Below, in pieces: positions 38,123 through 50,000 of a stretch of 64,000 bases of DNA (its first letter is position 1; each line of letters begins with the position of its first letter). A program made the position numbers and the translations under genes. The stretch comes from Raillietiella orientalis. Its lineage: Eukaryota. The notes under the pieces are model-generated. The model saw nothing but the letters and a program-made list of their open reading frames with translations. It had not been told where the DNA came from and searched no databases. Location of the stretch: positions 5,952,001 to 6,016,000 of the forward strand of contig JAYWIR010000005.1 in assembly GCA_036172245.1 (NCBI GenBank), written 5' to 3'.

Positions 38123-41100
38123 TTATTGCTTGACCACGGAGGATATCCAATCTGTGAACTGGTCCACTCGGGTGTAGACCCCGGAGAAGTCCCTCTCCGC
38201 GCAGCGGTATCCGTACGACACGATCCCGATGATGTAGTAGATCTGGTCGTTGTCCCAGGGGATGACCTGCGGGCCGCCCGAGTCCCCCTGAGGAGCGAGG
38301 AAGGGCAGTCAGGGATCGGAGGGAAAAGGAGCACTGGGCCCTCCCTCCCTCCCTTCCTCACCAAGCAGGCGTCTTTGCCTCCTGTGCGGAAGCTGGCGCA
38401 GAGGACCCTGTTGTCGATGACGGCGTTCTGGAAGTTCCGGAACTGGCGCTTGCACGTCGACAGAGGGACCACCGGAAGCTGAACCTCGAGCAGAAGGGAG
38501 CTGGTGGGGCCATCTACGGAGAGCACCCGTGCGGGGCGAGGTCAGTCCTGTGTCGCGGGGGGCGTGGGGGGGAGAGGAGTCAGGACTCACTGTAAGCGAC
38601 GGATCCCCACCCCGCCACGAAGGGCAGGAACTCGGTGTAGTCGGTCTTCTGGAAGGCGGCGTCAAAGGGAAGGCATACGGGGTGGATGAATCCTGGAAAA
38701 GAGTGTCAGCTCTGGGAAGAGGAGGGGGAGAGGGGGAGGGTGCGAGCTCGCCGCCACCCAGGCAAGCGATTTCCCATGCGACGGGGACGACGGTCTCATC
38801 CGAGGTCGCCGCGGAGGCGCCTCCCTTCGGGGCGAAGGGGGAAGGGACTGTCGGCACATCCTGCACACCCCCATCTCGAGAGGACCTAGCCCTGGGGTTG
38901 GAAGTCTTCCCCTGCCTGAAGCCTGCAGAAGCGGCTGCGGCAGCAAGCAAGAGACCCCTTCCCCATCATCCCGCGAAGGTCTTGGGCGCACCCTGGCGCT
39001 TTTCTGCTTTGCGAGGAGCGACAGGGGAGGGTGGTTGTGCGTGCCCTTTCCCGTGGGGTTAGTCAGATCAGGTCGTGCCGAAAGCGCACAGACTCGCTGC
39101 ACTGCGGTACGAAGGCTCCCCGCCCGCGCACACCAGGACGCTCCAGGCAGGGCGGCGGCGGTAGACTCCCGGGAGGAGGGTCGGCGGGGACGAGGGCGGG
39201 GAAGCGAAAGACGCAGGAACCGGAGGATGAGGCGCTCTTCGACGGGCGGGTCCAGAGATCACAGCAGCGCCGGACGGACAGGGGGGGACGAGCAAAGAGG
39301 AGAGTAGGGGCCCGGGAGGGTGTTGGAGCAGGAAGCAAGGGGAAGGAGGAGGAGAAAGGGAGGAAGGGCTCCCGCTCCTCGCTCCTCGAGTCAATAGGCG
39401 TCTCTGTGGAGGCAGGCTCTGGATCGGCGCAGGCGGCTGCCACCAGAAGGGAAGCCATGGTCCTGCAGTCGGGCTCAAAGGGGAGCGGATGTCTTCCTTC
39501 CCGAGGTCCTGGCTCGAAAGGTCTCCAGGCAAAGGAGGAAGGTCTACTCTCGTTCGCGGCGACCCCGCGCGGACGGGCGGATGAGGAGAGGAGGAGGAGC
39601 AGAGTCTCCAGACGGCGCCACGCGCGCTCACGGGGGCTCGAGAAAGGTCGGCCCCTTGTCGAACAGGAACGCGCCCCGGGGCACTTCTCAGGGAGAGGCT
39701 CAAAGGGAGGACGGGAAGAAGAGACCCTGAGGCGAGACGAGGGAGGTCGGGTGAGGGAGCGAAGGACGGACGGATGGACGCGCGGCCGTCGCTGCTCGGG
39801 GGCCGTCTTGTTTCCCACTTCCTTCCTTCCGAGGGCGCGAATGGCCCGGCGTACCGCGCGAGAGCGTCGCGCTGTCGCCGGGAGATGGGGTCCAGGAACG
39901 CGGCGCCCCGATCGGGGTGCTCCTTCGCCGCCATTTGCGGCAGGGCGGCTTTCACCCTAACGACGCCCCTTCAGGAGGGATGATCAATGTGGGTAGGGTG
40001 TGGTCGTGAAAGGGGGCCTGCCACAGCACCATTAATCATAAGCGGGAAGTGGGGCCCGAGCGACCCCCGGAGCCGGGGGCGTCAGCGGGACGCATAATGG
40101 AACCTCCCGGACAAAGCAGCTCTCCTGCGGGAGGAAGAATCGACGGGGGATTCCGCGAGGGGGCAGGGGAGGAGGAAAAAAAGGAGGGGAAGGAAGAAAA
40201 AAATCCTCTCCTCGCGGGATCTCTCCGGCCCTCAATGGGGGATCCCGCAGGAGCGACGCCGCGTCTTGCAAGAAGCGCAGCTGCTGCTCTCCAGCGGCGC
40301 CGCTGAGGGACTCCCAAAGGGGCGGACCGCTACCTCCTGACGTCTCGCCGTGGGGGCCGTGGGTGGAAGCGGAATGCAAGGAGGGGAGGAGAGAAGGAGG
40401 CCCGGCGCGAGCCCTCCCCCTCCCCTCCTCTTCGGGAAGACGCCTCGTTCGGATCCGTCTCCAGACAACGGGGCTTCGCTCAGGTGGATCTTGGCGGAGG
40501 GCTCATTCCCGCGCTCGGGGCACCCGCGCCGTGGGGACGAGGGCGGGAGAAGAGAGAGAGATGACAGCCTCCCAAGGGCTCGCGGGCATCCTCCGCGATC
40601 CGCGGGGAGGAAGTGCGGCGCGCGGAGACAGCGCCGCCCACCCATCCCGCGGCAGGCGCGAGCGGCGGAACCGAGTGCCCTCCCTCGTGGCCCCGCCAGG
40701 GGATCGAGAGGCTCCTGAGCAGGCAGCAGGGCATGGGGGTGGTTAACAGGACCTTCCAACGATCTGGGACCTTCGCAGGGGGCTCGCGAAACCCCACTGA
40801 CGGTGTAGGGGTAGACCCCCGCTGCTGATCGGGCACCGATGGCGCCGCCAGCCCCTATTTCGGACAGGCGCGGGCTTGGCGGCGGAAGTTCCGAGCCACT
40901 CCGGCTCCACGCAACACGCGGGCCGGCTGGCCCTCGCAGAAGCGACCACTCCCTTGATCTCCCGCGAAGCCCAGAGCAGTGCCTATTCCTTCCCGTCCTA
41001 CCCTCGGAGGATAGGGTAGGTGGGCCGGCTTGAGGGAGGAGTGACCGAGGAGCTCCGCGAAGGACAGAGCGACAGTAAAGGGCAGAAGGGGGGAGGGGAG

Positions 41101-44100
41101 GAATCCGCCTGGAGGAGCGCGTGTCGCCCGTGCGGAAGGGGCTGCTCCCCGCTGCCCTCCGGAGCACGCAGGGGCGGACAGGGGGCTTAGATAGGGTCGA
41201 CCGTGTTGCTCCTTCTGGGCCTTCAAGGGTGGCCAGCCCGTCCCTGAAAACTCCGCTGAGCTCCAGAGACCCCCGGGAGCCGCAAAGATAGCCGCTCCGC
41301 GGGCGCCAAGGGCAGCTCGCGGCGACTTTTCCCGCGCGCAGGGCAGTCACGACGTCGATCCCCTCCGATGCCCCGAAGAGGAAGGGAGCCTACAGCTCGA
41401 ACGGTCTTCTCTTCCCCGAGCTTGGTGGGAGTCCCCCGGTCCCCGGGGCGTCGTGACGTCACGCGGCCGGAGGCATTCACATCGAGCGCGGTTGCCCCGT
41501 CGGCGAGAGGATCTCCACGCCCCAGTGGCTCCACCCCTGCTTTTCTGAGAGGGAGGGGCGGGTGGAAGCCCCATAGCAGCGACCGGGGAGGGAAGGGGGG
41601 CAGCACTCGGACATCTCCAGAGAACCTCCCTCTCCCAGAAGCGCGTGCATCCCCGTTGCTCCGGGAGTCGCAGACAGCGCTGCGGCAGAGGGTGCGGGCT
41701 CCTGGCCCTTCCCCGACCCTCTTTTCCGAAAGGAACCGGCCGGGCGACACTCCTCCGAGCGCAGGCAGAAGCGGGGAGAGAAACGGAGCAAAGGGGGTGA
41801 AGCCCCTCCTTGGGCGAGGGTGAGGGGAGGAACCCCTAAGGCAAGGGTTTTTGCCTTGGAGGGGAGGGAGGTGGCGGAGCTCCCCGTCTCTCCCTCAGCG
41901 CGGACCCCTTCCGCTTCTAGGGCGATCGCTTCGAAGGGCAGTAGGCCCCAATCCAATCACACTCCCCTTCCCACACTTCCGTACTCCAACGGCGCCCTCT
42001 CCCGACCCTCAAATACGGCGATGAGTGCGCCAACGCTGCTGCCCCTTTCCCTCCTTTTCTCTCCGCTCCTCGACCGCCGCGGCGACGCTACCGTCGCCCT
42101 CCCCTGTCGCGAAAGCTGGGGGAGCGGCGCGGAAAGGGGAGCCGGCACGCGAGCAGCACCCCTCCCCCTTTCTCATTCGCACCCCCACTCACTACTGAAA
42201 GCAACGCCTTTCTCCAGCTTCAGCATGGCGATGTCGTTCACGTGGGTCGTGGTGCTGTACTGTGGATGGACGATCCTCTCCACCACCCTGACCTCAATCG
42301 GGTTGGCCCCGTCGTCGGTCCTTTGGAGGTTGTGGTCTCCCAACCGTACCGACACCCTGCAAAGGCGCGGGGGCGGGATTCTCTTCCGGCGAAAGGGAGA
42401 AGGGGGGAGTGGCGCTTACAGGTCCGCCTGACCATGGACGCAGTGAGCCGCCGTGAGGATATAGTGGGAGGTCACCAGGCTGCCCCCGCATTTGTAATCC
42501 ACGCTCTGGTCGGCTTCGTCCAGGTAGCCCAGGGCCGCCAGCCAAGGCCACGCTCCTGGAAGACGCAGCGCCTGCAGGGAATCTGCCACCGGTCCGGCAG
42601 GGGGAGGGGGAGGTCGGATGCGCACCCCTCAGGTCAGGAGGGCGACGGAGCTGCCGCCGCAAGGGCGGGAGAGAAGGGCGCGCGGGGGAACGCGTGGCTA
42701 GGGCTGCTCTCAGGACGAAAGGAGAGGTCACGATCTGCCGGCCGGCGCCGCAGATGCTGGAGAGAGGAGTCCCGGCGTGACCGGCCGGGAGGAGCCACAG
42801 AGGACCTTGGGAGGGGAGGCCGGAGCCATCCGAGGAGGACCGGAGCTCCCGGCTCGGGTCAGCTGGAGACCTGGATGACGACCTCTGACCACCGGAGCCG
42901 ACGGGGAGCACGGGAGCCATAGGGGTGCCACCTTTTCCCGGTCCGCGCCCGCCTGGCAGAGGGGGGTGCGGCAGCGAGAGCTCGCCGTCCACAGAAGGAC
43001 CGCAGACGTTTCCAAGGCGACGCGAAGGGAGCGAGGAGGCTTCCGGAGAGCGAGGGAGGGGAGGAGGGGGCTCGGGGAGAGAAATGGAGGGAGTGGCCCG
43101 CCCACCTACCTAGCTCAGAGGGCACTCCGCCTACAATGCGCGAGTGGGTCGCATTGCTGAAGCCGCACACAGGCGGAAGGGGGAACGGGGAGGACGGAGG
43201 AGCCGGAGGAGCTCCTGTTGTCCCGCGAGGCGGGAGCGAGGGCAGATTCTTGTGGCCGTCCTCGACCCCTTCCGTCTGGGTGGGGGGGCGAGGAGGAGGA
43301 GGAGGAGGACGGGCCGTTGCGGTCGTCGTGGTCGTCGTGGTCGTCGTGGTGGAGGGCACTCCCCCTGCCACGAAGGGGCAGCAGATGAGCGGGAAGGAGC
43401 CCTGGAACCCGCAGGTGGAGCTGTCCAGCATGTTCGTCCCGTAGGTCGAGGACACCAGCAGGTTCAGGATGTGGTCGCACGCGTGCAGGAAGGTGCAGTA
43501 GCCCGGCCTCTGGGAGTTCACGAGGCACTCCTTCCCTTCGCCAACGCCCTCGTCCAGGAAGATGACTGCAAGGAAGAGGATCAGGTGCACCCTGGGCACG
43601 CATCCCTTCTCTACCCCCACTCCCCAAGGCTCTGCCACCACGCGTGTGAGCCCGACGCCGAGGCCCGGGTGCCGGAGGTCCTCTGCAGACAAAGTGAGCA
43701 TGTAGAAGAACGCACGCCAATGGGAGATACGCAGAACTGGTCTCACCCCCTCCCTTCCCTCCCCTTCCTTTTTTTTTTCGCTTTCCCTTTTCTCTGCCTC
43801 CCTCCCCAGAACGAACAGAGAAACCGAACGGGTTGCTCGCTTGTTTTTGTGACTCGTGACCCGGCCAGCATCACAGTGACAAAACGGTCGTCTGACCGCG
43901 AGCAAGATCCCCAGAATTTGCCGCGACGCTCTTGCAGCGGCGTCCGACGTGCGACCGGCTTGCGCTCGCTCAGGAAAACGCACGATCTCCCAGGAAAAGG
44001 AGAGCAGGGACATCTATGCGAAGATCGCTTAGGTCGCCTGTATCCACAGTGCTTCTGAGAAGGCAGCTTAGATGGCACTGCTAACTGCGTATGAAATCGA

Positions 44101-46757
44101 AGGTGAGGTGATCGGGCAAGTAGCAGCAATTCACGAAAGGAAGTGTCATGTCCATCGTCTCGCCCCTCCCCAAATCCTGAGGACCTCTGAAACAATTTCC
44201 ATCACGGTTCCCCTTATCTGCCATGTAATTTGTTGTAATTTTCCTTCAAGAGATGTGGGGGTTGATGGCGCATCAACCAACGAAGAACCCTATGTTGGTC
44301 ACTTGCGGAACATTCGCAAATACCACTCACATGCGCAGTTGCGCGTCTTCGCGTCCCTCCCGCGAAGAACGACAAATCCTCTTGCAGATCTGCTTCGCCC
44401 GTTCCACACCCGGCAGTGGGCTTCGTGAGGCATCGCCAGTCCGTTCGGGAGAATCGGCCAAACTTTTTGCGCTGCGAACAACCGCAGCAGCAGCCCACGA
44501 GGAACGTCGTGCTGTGCCGAGTGGCGTTTCAAAAGCACGGCTTTCTTACCATTACAGATTTCTCCTCGCAACACTAACGCACGTTCACCGGTGACAAGCA
44601 ATTAGTGGTTCTAAATTATTTCTGTGCTTCGCGGAACAAAGGAGACGCCTCATTGTTTCCCCACTATGGACCCGTCGTCATAATTGTCAGGATGGTGTCC
44701 CTCTTCTTGTCAGGTCATCAATTCGCCTTCGCCTGTTTTCTCGCAGTTCGGATACTGACTCTTTCTCTAACATGAATGGTTGACCTACCAGGAAATGCCC
44801 ACTTGACGTTATCCCGGACGGACACACGGACTGCCTGGGCCGAAGACAAAAACGGCTCGGCGGACGCTGGCGCTCGTGGCGGCAGCAGCACCCTCGCGCA
44901 GCAGCCGCACCGAGTTCGTGAGAAAAGGCAACGGGGCGGCTGCTCGTTCCATCACCACCCGTGGATGTGCGCGGTTTTGTTTATTTACGTGCTCTGCCCC
45001 GAATTCCGGACCGACCGTCGCCGTACGTGAAAATTCTCCTCCTTTCCTGTGTCCACACATGGAGGGAGAGTATTCTAGTTCGTGCTCGAGTGCGCTCCTC
45101 GCCAGAAGAGGCGTAAGTGCCTCCTCCTCCGCCGCCCTAACCGGTTGTCACTCACTCACGAACGCATTTCTCGCAAAGAGCGACCATCCCAGCCACGCGC
45201 AGCTCCGAAAAACGGCGGAAAAAAAAAAAAAAAAAAAAAAAAAATTCGCTTCATGAAGCTGTTTTTTTTTTACCGCGTGACAAAGTCAGGGAGACCAACC
45301 AAGTTATTGAATTTTTTTTTTCTTCTCTCTCTCTCTCTCCCTTTCCGTTTTTGAGCAAAGACTCCGATCATCAGCACCATTTCCAAGAATGCAGCTTTGC
45401 TCTTTTCCTTCAGTTGGCATTTGGAAAAATGGAGGCACATTCTGTACGCGCGCCATGTGTGATCTACGCGTGCTCACACACATGGTCGCGTTTCAGCATA
45501 CGCAAAATCAGCATGTCACCTATAGCCATTCTACATCGTGTGTGGTATGCATATCGAAAAAAAAAACGGATGTGGCACACCCACTTGTGAGTTTATGTAC
45601 CTCTCTCTCCCTCTCCGTACATTATTGTATCTGATGAATGTACATTGCTGTACGCTAGTATGCGTATTCAGGTACGCAACTATATGCAAGCCTACCGAGT
45701 CGCACTCAGCTGGATATGCACATTTCATTTTTATCATTCATTTGCACGCATGCATGCATACCACATACATATACATATATGCACATCGATAGAGACACGA
45801 GTTCTGTATCGTATATAAATGACAAAAATATGCATGTCCAGATAAGTGTAACTTGACAACGGCTCCCCTAGGCTTGTATACAGTTGTGCACCTGCTTACT
45901 CATACCAGAGTACATCAATGTATTCATCAGATACTATAATGTATAGAGAGAGAAGGAGAGGTACATAAACTCACAGGTGGGTGTGCCACATCCGTTTTTT
46001 TTTTATATGCATACCACACGATCTAGAATGATCATACGTAACATACTGATTTTGCATATACTGAAATGCTACCATGTGTGGGAGTGCGCGTAAATCACAC
46101 ATGATGTGTGGTCTACATGGAGCCTTGAGCGGACCATGAACGGGACCGTGCTGACTCGTCCGACCTCTTCGACTGGTCCGACTGCTTGCTGCAAGAAAGG
46201 CCACTTCGAGCCCCGCTCGGATAGGAGGGAGGGAAGGGGGGGGGGGGGGAAGAGCCGCTCGTTTCCTTGGAGACGCGCGCCCCCGGAGGGCGGAGGCGAA
46301 ATCGGAGGCTGGGACAGTCGAGGAAGGGAGGAGGTGCTCCCTGTACGCGGTTGCGCAGGCCCAGTACAATCTCAGCACGTGACATGGGGTGGCAACCACG
46401 TGGTGCCCCTCGGGCGTCATTCGAGCGAGTCGCGTACATCGGCGGTGGTCACTTTCTTTTCCCTTACCCTACCCCCCCCCCCCTCCCACCTTCCTTCTTT
46501 CGTTCTCCCACATCCCTCCTTTCACGCTCCCTTCCAGACCACGCAGCACCCGCTGCCCACCGATCGCTTCGCGCACGCGTCTTACTCCCTCCACGTGCGC
46601 GTGCGCGCCTCTATCCCATCCGTCTACCCCTTCCACCCATCGACCCCACCGCCTACCACCAGCCAAGAATAGGACCAGAACGTCACTTACTGTCCCCATC
46701 TGCCGCGTAGGGCGAGACCAGGATCACAAGGAAGGAGAACGTTGCTACCGCGTCCAT
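38123..46757 (-). CDS. Clip-domain trypsin-like serine protease (proclotting enzyme / CLIP family), secreted, 7 exons
   Basis: Exons: 46757-46691 (signal peptide [21 protein letters not shown], donor GTAAGT, phase 1); 43565-43110 (six-Cys clip domain ending CCP, Thr/Pro linker, CG...R|IVGG); 42555-42420 (GAWPW..CGGSL..TAAHC); 42356-42193 (NDIAMLKL); 38692-38591 (HPVCLP..AGWG); 38513-38362 (LCA..GGKDACL); 38287-38123 (GDSGGP..GVYTRV..WI, TAA). The His/Asp/Ser triad is intact, the S1 Asp indicates trypsin-like specificity, and all intron phases agree. Confidence 0.95.
45454..46103. repeat. Long imperfect inverted repeat (arms of about 280 bp; foldback/MITE-like) in intron 1 of the clip protease
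   Basis: 45454-~45737 is the reverse complement of ~45818-46103, e.g. AAAACGGATGTGGCACACCCACTTGTGAGTTTATGTACCTCTC versus GAGAGGTACATAAACTCACAGGTGGGTGTGCCACATCCGTTTT. It is an AT-rich island in GC-rich DNA. Confidence 0.92.
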
Positions 46758-46995
46758 TGCGACCGGAGGGATGGCGCCGATGCGACTGCCGTGGCCGCGG
46801 GCGACCTCGGCGGCGCATCGGACTCCGCCTGTCCCCAGGGAGGGAGAAGAGGAGGAAGAGGGGGGGGAGAATGGCGCACGCGCGCGCTTCTGCATGCGGT
46901 GGTGGTGGTGGGTTGCGACGTCGCAACCCTCCCGCGTGCATGCACAAAGGGGCCAGGAGAGAGTGCGCTCGGGCGTGTGGACGCGCGCGCGTGGC

Positions 46996-47007
46996 GGGGA
47001 TTTTCCC
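46996..47007 (-). promoter_or_regulatory. Putative NF-kB (Rel/Dorsal/Relish) binding site upstream of the clip protease
   Basis: GGGGATTTTCCC (minus strand GGGAAAATCCCC) lies about 240 bp 5' of the protease ATG and fits the insect kB consensus. Confidence 0.45.
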
Positions 47008-50000
47008 GAGCCAGGCTGTCCTTCGCACGCTCGCGAGCGCCTTGGCCGCCGTTGCTGCTGCAGATGCTGCGTTTTTTTTTCTTTTTTCCCTCCCTTTTCT
47101 TTTCTTTTTCCTCTCCTTTTGTTCCTTTCTTTTTTTAGCTCTCTCTGTTTTTTCTTTTCTGCCTTTTTGCGCGGCATTTCCGGAAGGGGAAGCCGTGCAC
47201 GTCGTCTCAGGAGGAGCACCCTTTCTGCCGACCGTCCGACGGACGTTCCCAGGATCTCGGTGCTTCAGCAATCCGAGGAACACCTTCCCTTCGTCTCTTT
47301 CCACCTCCTCCCTTCCTCCTCCTTCTCATCATCATCCCCATCGACCTCTGGTTCTGGCATGGGGGGAGGAAGCAGAAGAGGACAGGAAGGGAGGGAACAC
47401 AGGGATGGTGCTCCCCGTGGGTTGCGACGAGGGGGAAGAGGAGCTGGGAACACAGCCCGCGCTTCCACTTCCCCTCTCCCCATATTCCCTTTTTTCACCT
47501 CTCTGTCTTTTCCTTCCGCTCGAGGAGGTCACCATTGCCTTTCACCTGATCTCGGAGCCGGGAGTCATCGCTTGCGGTGGACCCGGTCCAGCATGGCAAG
47601 AATGGAACTGCAGCAGCGAAGCGCGGGGAAGGGACGGCGCGCGTCCACGATAGAGGGAAAAGGGAGACAAAAAGTGAGGGCGTGCGTGAGGCGTCCCCAC
47701 GAATAGAACTGGGAGAATACGGAAGGCGGCTTCCCGGAAAGCCGTCCGATGGGACTCGTGGCCGAGGAGGGGGAGAGGGGAGACTGCAAGGGCGACGAGC
47801 TGCCCGGCAATGACTGGAATCCACGGCACGACCCTCCGTAACCTCAGCTACGCTGTTCCACCCCCCGTCTTCCCCTCCCCCTGCACCGAAGGTTTACGCG
47901 TCACGGGACCCGGGTTCGCTGCGGGGGAAGGTGAGGGCAGCAGAAAGTTCTCGTCTGGTCACGCAGGATGAAGGGGAGCAGAAACAGGGAGCATGCGCGG
48001 AAGACCGGCTCCTCCCAGGACCTAAGAGTGCCAGGGGAGAAGGGGCGTGACCACAAACGTAAGCAGGGGTCGACGAATTGCTCCTTCCCCTTCCCTTTGC
48101 TGTTCCGACGGGGCGCCGACTCGCCATTCTCTCCCCTCCTCGTCCAGCGGAGGGCGGTGGCTCCAACGGAAGATCCACGGTACCGCCGCCGTGCGGGACC
48201 CTTGGAGAAGGGCGGCAGCGTCCCCTCCCTTCCCCCCCTCCGTCAAGAAGCAGCATGGGACTTTGGCTCCTCGCCATTGGAGTTCGCGGTGCAGCTGGCG
48301 CTGGCACCGCTTGGCGAAGGCGAACGGGAGCGTTCTCGCTCCCTCACGCCGTGCAACTGACATTCGGGCAGCGGTCCCCTTTGAAGTGCTTGGAGACGCT
48401 ACGCGTATGCCCTGCTCCCCTGAGGAGGAGGAGCTGCTGCTGAGGTCGATCCCTCCTCCCTTTTTCCCCTTCCTGCTCCGGGTGTATAGCCACTCTTCCC
48501 GCTGAGCGCACGGAACACACCAGGGAGCACGGAAGACCACGCCCTCGCCTCCTCGACAACGAGGGATGCGGCTCAACGGTCGCCTCCCCCACAATGAAAA
48601 GTGGAGGGGAATGTTGCCTGGATTCTGCGCAGGCTGCAGAAGACACGACAGGTCTAAGGGTGACTCCCTTGCGTGCAATCTCTGCATCCCCCCGCGGGGC
48701 AAGAGGGTGCCCAGTTGCCTCTCAGGGAAGTCAGGGCAACCTCTGGGATTCTGCACGCCCTCGGCCTGCAGCCCCTCCTGGGAAACATTGCCCGCAGGCC
48801 ACAAGGTTCGCGAGGAGGGCGAAGGGCGAGTCCAGAGGCTCCACCATCTCCCCCCTCCATTGCTCCGGGAGCGATCCTTTTAGAGGGAGCTGCTTTCGAG
48901 TCCCTCGCTTGCAGCGCCACCTCAGCGCACGGCAGCGCGGGGGCAGCAGCTGACCCGGGATAGTGCTGCTTTCCCTGCACGAAGACGCGGTGGGTCAAAC
49001 AGATGACCCCTTTCCCTATTCACCTATTTGTTTGTTTTCTCCACTCCCTGGTTTCTGAACAGTTAACCTAAGAGCCGTGGTTCCACTCCCCCCACCCCAC
49101 CCCTACCTCTCTCTCTCTTCAGACCGAAACAGCCCTCGTAGGGCCGGTGCTCCACCCTGAGTGTTTCTTTTTCCTCTTCCGGAAGGACAAGCACCGCCGC
49201 GCGACCAGGAGACGAAGAACGGAGACGAGACGGAGAACCCACGGAGGAGTGGGTGGTGAAGGAGTGGAAGGACGGGATCAATTTCTCGCCCACAAATCCC
49301 AGGTCAGAAGGGGCGGCGTCCCTCGAATGCAAGGGACGCCAGAAAAAAGAGAATTTCGTTGCGGATGCTCCCCAGCACGCAGGCTGGCTTCTGAAGAAGT
49401 AGGGAACGGAGAGAGGGGATAGAGAATGAATAGGGAAGGCAGTAGGGTGGGGACAGGGGTCTTTGACATTTCTTCCTCCCTTAGAGAGACTGCCTGGTGC
49501 GGCTGCAGGCGACCCCCTGGAGGCTTCCTCAGGCAAGAGAGGCCGCCTTGCAGCCGACCCCATTGAGCAGGCTACCATGCTGGTGGCCGCTCTTCGCTGT
49601 GAACAAGATCCACCCACTGAGCGGACCGCCGTCGCCATGGCGCGGGCACCGCAGGTCGTTGGGATCCGCCGCCTGTTGCCCGCCTAGCGTGAAGCACCGC
49701 AGCCAGCCAGTTCGAGGTGGGGGGTCCTCTGGGTGACAGCGCCGGAGCGAGTCCCCGCCACTTGTCCTCTAGGGCGCCACAGTTCAGCCTATCCAGCGAA
49801 ACGATCCCATCACCTCGCACCTGGAGCAGTTCGGGGCGGCAACTCCCCCGGAAACCGGGTGTTTGTGCTGGTTTTCCCGGCAATCCCAGCGCAGAAACAG
49901 TAGAACGCCCTGAACATTTCCGACAGAACGGGAACACGGAGGTGTCTGCTTACGAGGGAGGTACCGCGAGTTTCTCGGGGGGCACACCGAGGAGGTCGCT

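Noticed and set aside
38122..38127. AATAAA overlapping the protease stop codon
   Set aside because: This arises easily from CAA-TAA-A and cannot be told from chance without 3'-end data.
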